Source: Desulfatiglandales bacterium
GTDB lineage: Bacteria > Desulfobacterota > DSM-4660 > Desulfatiglandales > Desulfatiglandaceae
NCBI GenBank assembly: GCA_963662465.1
Contig: OY759599.1
Location: forward strand, 1,984,001 to 2,048,000
Direction of reading: 5' to 3'
DNA: 64,000 bases
Positions 61,252 through 64,000 of the stretch are shown here, piece by piece. The notes under the pieces are model-generated. The model did no database searches and was not told the DNA's origin. It saw only the letters and a list, made by a program, of their open reading frames with translations. Each line of letters begins with the position of its first letter. Positions within the stretch are counted from its first letter, which is position 1. The position numbers and the translations under genes were made by a program.

Positions 61252-63039
61252 TTACCAAAACCAGATGAGGGCGAAAATGCCCAGGGCCAGCAGCATCATC
61301 CATGCCAGTTGATCCTGGAGACGACCGCTTTGAAGCCGGGCGGATGCTTTCCCCAAAAACATGACCGAAAAGGCCGTTTGGTCCACCACTCGATCTATTC
61401 CATTCCTGTCGAACCGATCGCTGATCCGGGCCAGAAAATTAAAGGCCCAAAGAAAGAGGGTGCGGTAAATCTCAGACCAGATGCCGTCTATCCACGAAAG
61501 GGGTTTTGAAAAGAGCGTCATGACGCTGCGGCCCACCAGCATGTACAGACGTTCGAAATCAGACAAATCTTCCGCCCCCGGTCTCAAGATCGGCCGCAGA
61601 AAGATAAACAAAAAGATAGTGGCCGCCAAAAAACCAAACCCGATCCCCACATTAAGAAAGGTGAAGGGGCGCCCTTCCATCAGGGATGGCAGGCGACGAT
61701 CAACGATACCGGGAAAAATCCCCTGAACCAGGCAAAAGGCCGCAGCCATGCCCATGGCCGCCACCATATTTTTGGGCAGGGGCAGCAGCGCTTTTCGGTT
61801 GAAAATGGCTTTAGACCAGAAGGTAAAATAGGGCAGGCGCAATCCCCCGGCCAGAATCATCAGCAGCATGGCCAAGCCCAGGCACAGACAAAGGATCGGA
61901 CCGGGTATGGGGCCTTGAAGTTTAAAGGCTTCCTCAAAGATCAGATAAGTTCCCGTAAACCCGCTGAAAAAAGGCATGGCGCAAAGGGCCATAACCCCAA
62001 TGGGGGTAACGGCGGCCACAAAGGGAAGTTTCCGGGCCAGCATCCCCAAACGTGCCAGGACTTCATCATGGGTGGCGTAAATGATGGACCCAAATGCCAT
62101 AAAGAGGATCGCGTTATAAAAGGTATGGGCATAGGCCAGGGAGATGGCGCCATCCAGGGCCATTTTTGAGTCCATGCCGATCCCCGTGATCATAAGCCCC
62201 ACCTGTGCGACCATGAGATAGGCGAGGATTCTTCTGACATTGTTGGAAAAAATAGCATAGAAAGCCCCATAAAGGGCCATGATCGCACCCAGGACAATGA
62301 GAAGATCGAGACCCACAAAACAACGCGCCATAGCATAAACAGCCGTTTTAATGCCGAATACGGATAAAAACACCGCGCCGGGAATGGTGGCTTGAGGGAT
62401 CCCCTGGGTCATCCAGGCATGAAGCGGTACGACGGCTGCGTTGATGGCAAAGGCCGTCAGAATCAAGTAGTCATAATGCCACATGAGATCGGCATCCGCG
62501 GGACCGAAAATGAAGGCGCCCGTCACCCGCTCCCGCAGGAGAATGCCCGCCAAAAGCAGAACGGAACTCAACAGCAGGACTAACATGTACAAAAAGCCCG
62601 TTTTCGAGGCCTCGGGCTTGCGGTTCAACCAGATGAGAAATGACGAAGACACGGTCATCCCCTGCCAGAACATGTAAAGGGTCCAGTAATCCCCCGCCAA
62701 AACACTGCCGAAGGCCCCGGCCATGAAAAAGAGAGCGGCCACATGCTGGGCCTTATCCCGCACATGAAAGGAAAAGGTGGTGCAGATCAGGGTCATAAAA
62801 GCAAAAAGAACGATGAAGGGGAGTGATAGCGCATCCACCCGGCCAAGTACCAGGGCCTGGCCCACATAATCCACCTCCCAGTAACGACCCACCCGCAGTT
62901 GCAGGGCCAGAAAAATGGCGATGACGGGCGGTATAAAGAGCAGCACGCGCCAGAATCTTCCCCGAAGAAACGGAAGGATGCACCCCAAAAGGACAAAGGG
63001 CGTGGCCGGGTGCAAAAAGCTGCCTTCGATGAAGTTCAT
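61252..63039 (-). CDS. MrpD/NuoL-like proton-conducting membrane subunit
   Basis: INAAVVPLHAW, GAVFLS...KTAVY and RRILAY; many TM helices. Confidence 0.8.
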   Translation of the reverse strand: MNFIEGSFLHPATPFVLLGCILPFLRGRFWRVLLFIPPVIAIFLALQLRVGRYWEVDYVGQALVLGRVDALSLPFIVLFAFMTLICTTFSFHVRDKAQHVAALFFMAGAFGSVLAGDYWTLYMFWQGMTVSSSFLIWLNRKPEASKTGFLYMLVLLLSSVLLLAGILLRERVTGAFIFGPADADLMWHYDYLILTAFAINAAVVPLHAWMTQGIPQATIPGAVFLSVFGIKTAVYAMARCFVGLDLLIVLGAIMALYGAFYAIFSNNVRRILAYLMVAQVGLMITGIGMDSKMALDGAISLAYAHTFYNAILFMAFGSIIYATHDEVLARLGMLARKLPFVAAVTPIGVMALCAMPFFSGFTGTYLIFEEAFKLQGPIPGPILCLCLGLAMLLMILAGGLRLPYFTFWSKAIFNRKALLPLPKNMVAAMGMAAAFCLVQGIFPGIVDRRLPSLMEGRPFTFLNVGIGFGFLAATIFLFIFLRPILRPGAEDLSDFERLYMLVGRSVMTLFSKPLSWIDGIWSEIYRTLFLWAFNFLARISDRFDRNGIDRVVDQTAFSVMFLGKASARLQSGRLQDQLAWMMLLALGIFALIWFW

Positions 63040-63045
63040 GCTCTT

Positions 63046-64000
63046 TTATCTCCAGAATCTTCCATAAACATCCACAAAATCCACAAACGTCTGAGGGTAA
63101 AACCCGATGAGGATCGAAATAATGGCGATCATGAACATGGGAACCACCATGGTTTTCGGCGCTTCCGCATATTGATCCATGTCCACGCCTTTGACGGGGG
63201 GCATGAAAAAGCCTCTGATCACGATGGGGCCGAAGTAGGCCATATTCAAGAGGACGCTTGCCAGGATCACCAGCATGAGTATTGTTTGCCCCGCATCCGT
63301 GGCCCCGGTAATCAAATAGAATTTGCTCAAAAAGCCGCTGGCCGGCGCCAGCCCGATAAAGGAAAGCGTTGCCAGGGCGAAGGCCCCGAAGGTCCAGGGC
63401 ATGCGGCGACCCAGACCGTTCATAAGACTGATTTTTTTGGAACCGGTCACCACCATAATGCACCCGGCGGCGAAAAACAGGGTAATTTTGGGAAAGGCAT
63501 CGTGGGCAATGGCCGAGACGCCCCCTTCCACCCCCCCTTCCGTCAACATGGCCACACCCATGACGATATAGGAAAGGTGGCTCACCGTGCTGTAGGCGAT
63601 CCGTGCCTTGATGTCATCCTTGGTGAGGGCAATTAAGGCGGCCGCGATGATGGTAAATCCCGCCACATAGGCAGTGGGCATGCCGAGACCCAGATCATGC
63701 AAAGAATCCAGTCCGAAACAGGAGAGCATGATCCTGCATACGGAAAAGGCGCCGGCTTTGACCACGGCCACCGCGTGCAGGAGGCCCGAGACCGGCGTGG
63801 GCGCCACCATGGCGGAGGGCAGCCAGCTGTGCAGCGGCATCATGGCCGTTTTAGTGAGACCCGCCAAAAACAGGATGTAGACCACAATCAGCAATACGGG
63901 GTTTGCATTGGTGGGAAAAATCCCCTTGTGGATATCCCCCAGTTGAAAGTCCAGGGTTCCGCACAGCACATAGGTGATGATCATGGCCGGCAGAAAAAAA
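63046..64000 (-). CDS. MrpD/NuoL-like proton-conducting membrane subunit; 5' end outside the window
   Basis: KTAMMPLHSWLPSAMVAPTPVSGLLHAVAVVKAG and KARIAYST. Confidence 0.85.
   Translation of the reverse strand, partial: FFLPAMIITYVLCGTLDFQLGDIHKGIFPTNANPVLLIVVYILFLAGLTKTAMMPLHSWLPSAMVAPTPVSGLLHAVAVVKAGAFSVCRIMLSCFGLDSLHDLGLGMPTAYVAGFTIIAAALIALTKDDIKARIAYSTVSHLSYIVMGVAMLTEGGVEGGVSAIAHDAFPKITLFFAAGCIMVVTGSKKISLMNGLGRRMPWTFGAFALATLSFIGLAPASGFLSKFYLITGATDAGQTILMLVILASVLLNMAYFGPIVIRGFFMPPVKGVDMDQYAEAPKTMVVPMFMIAIISILIGFYPQTFVDFVDVYGRFWR

Overview
64 kb from a probable Desulfobacterota (deltaproteobacterial) anaerobe; the taxon is inferred from gene content. In order: (1) an acyl-CoA catabolism operon (2 thiolases, crotonase, acyl-CoA dehydrogenase, start of an acyl-CoA mutase) with heptamer-repeat hairpins in its spacers; (2) a gcvT-glyA fusion whose SHMT half is broken by two deletions; (3) an accessory region (~7-35.4 kb) of secreted/surface proteins, gene fragments, SDRs, a porin, copZ/copA, mscS, a cyclase and a hybrid kinase, partly bracketed by an inverted ~1.2 kb HExxH-protein duplication and containing a multi-stem ncRNA candidate; (4) a DUF151-transglutaminase-ABC operon, a complete DUF4338-ISAs1 element, plsB, a probable CC-adding enzyme and mltD; (5) a shikimate operon (aroK-aroC-pheA-PAS kinase-aroD-aroE-aroA) preceded by a leader peptide too short for the ORF track, MFTNRSWQGFYYYYFGGPSMV, with a terminator and antiterminator, i.e. 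a likely aromatic-amino-acid attenuator, cut off from its probable promoter by an IS200; (6) a complete ISL3 and complex I/Mrp-type membrane subunits. No rRNA, tRNA or CRISPR array was seen. Family calls come from motifs read by eye, not database searches.
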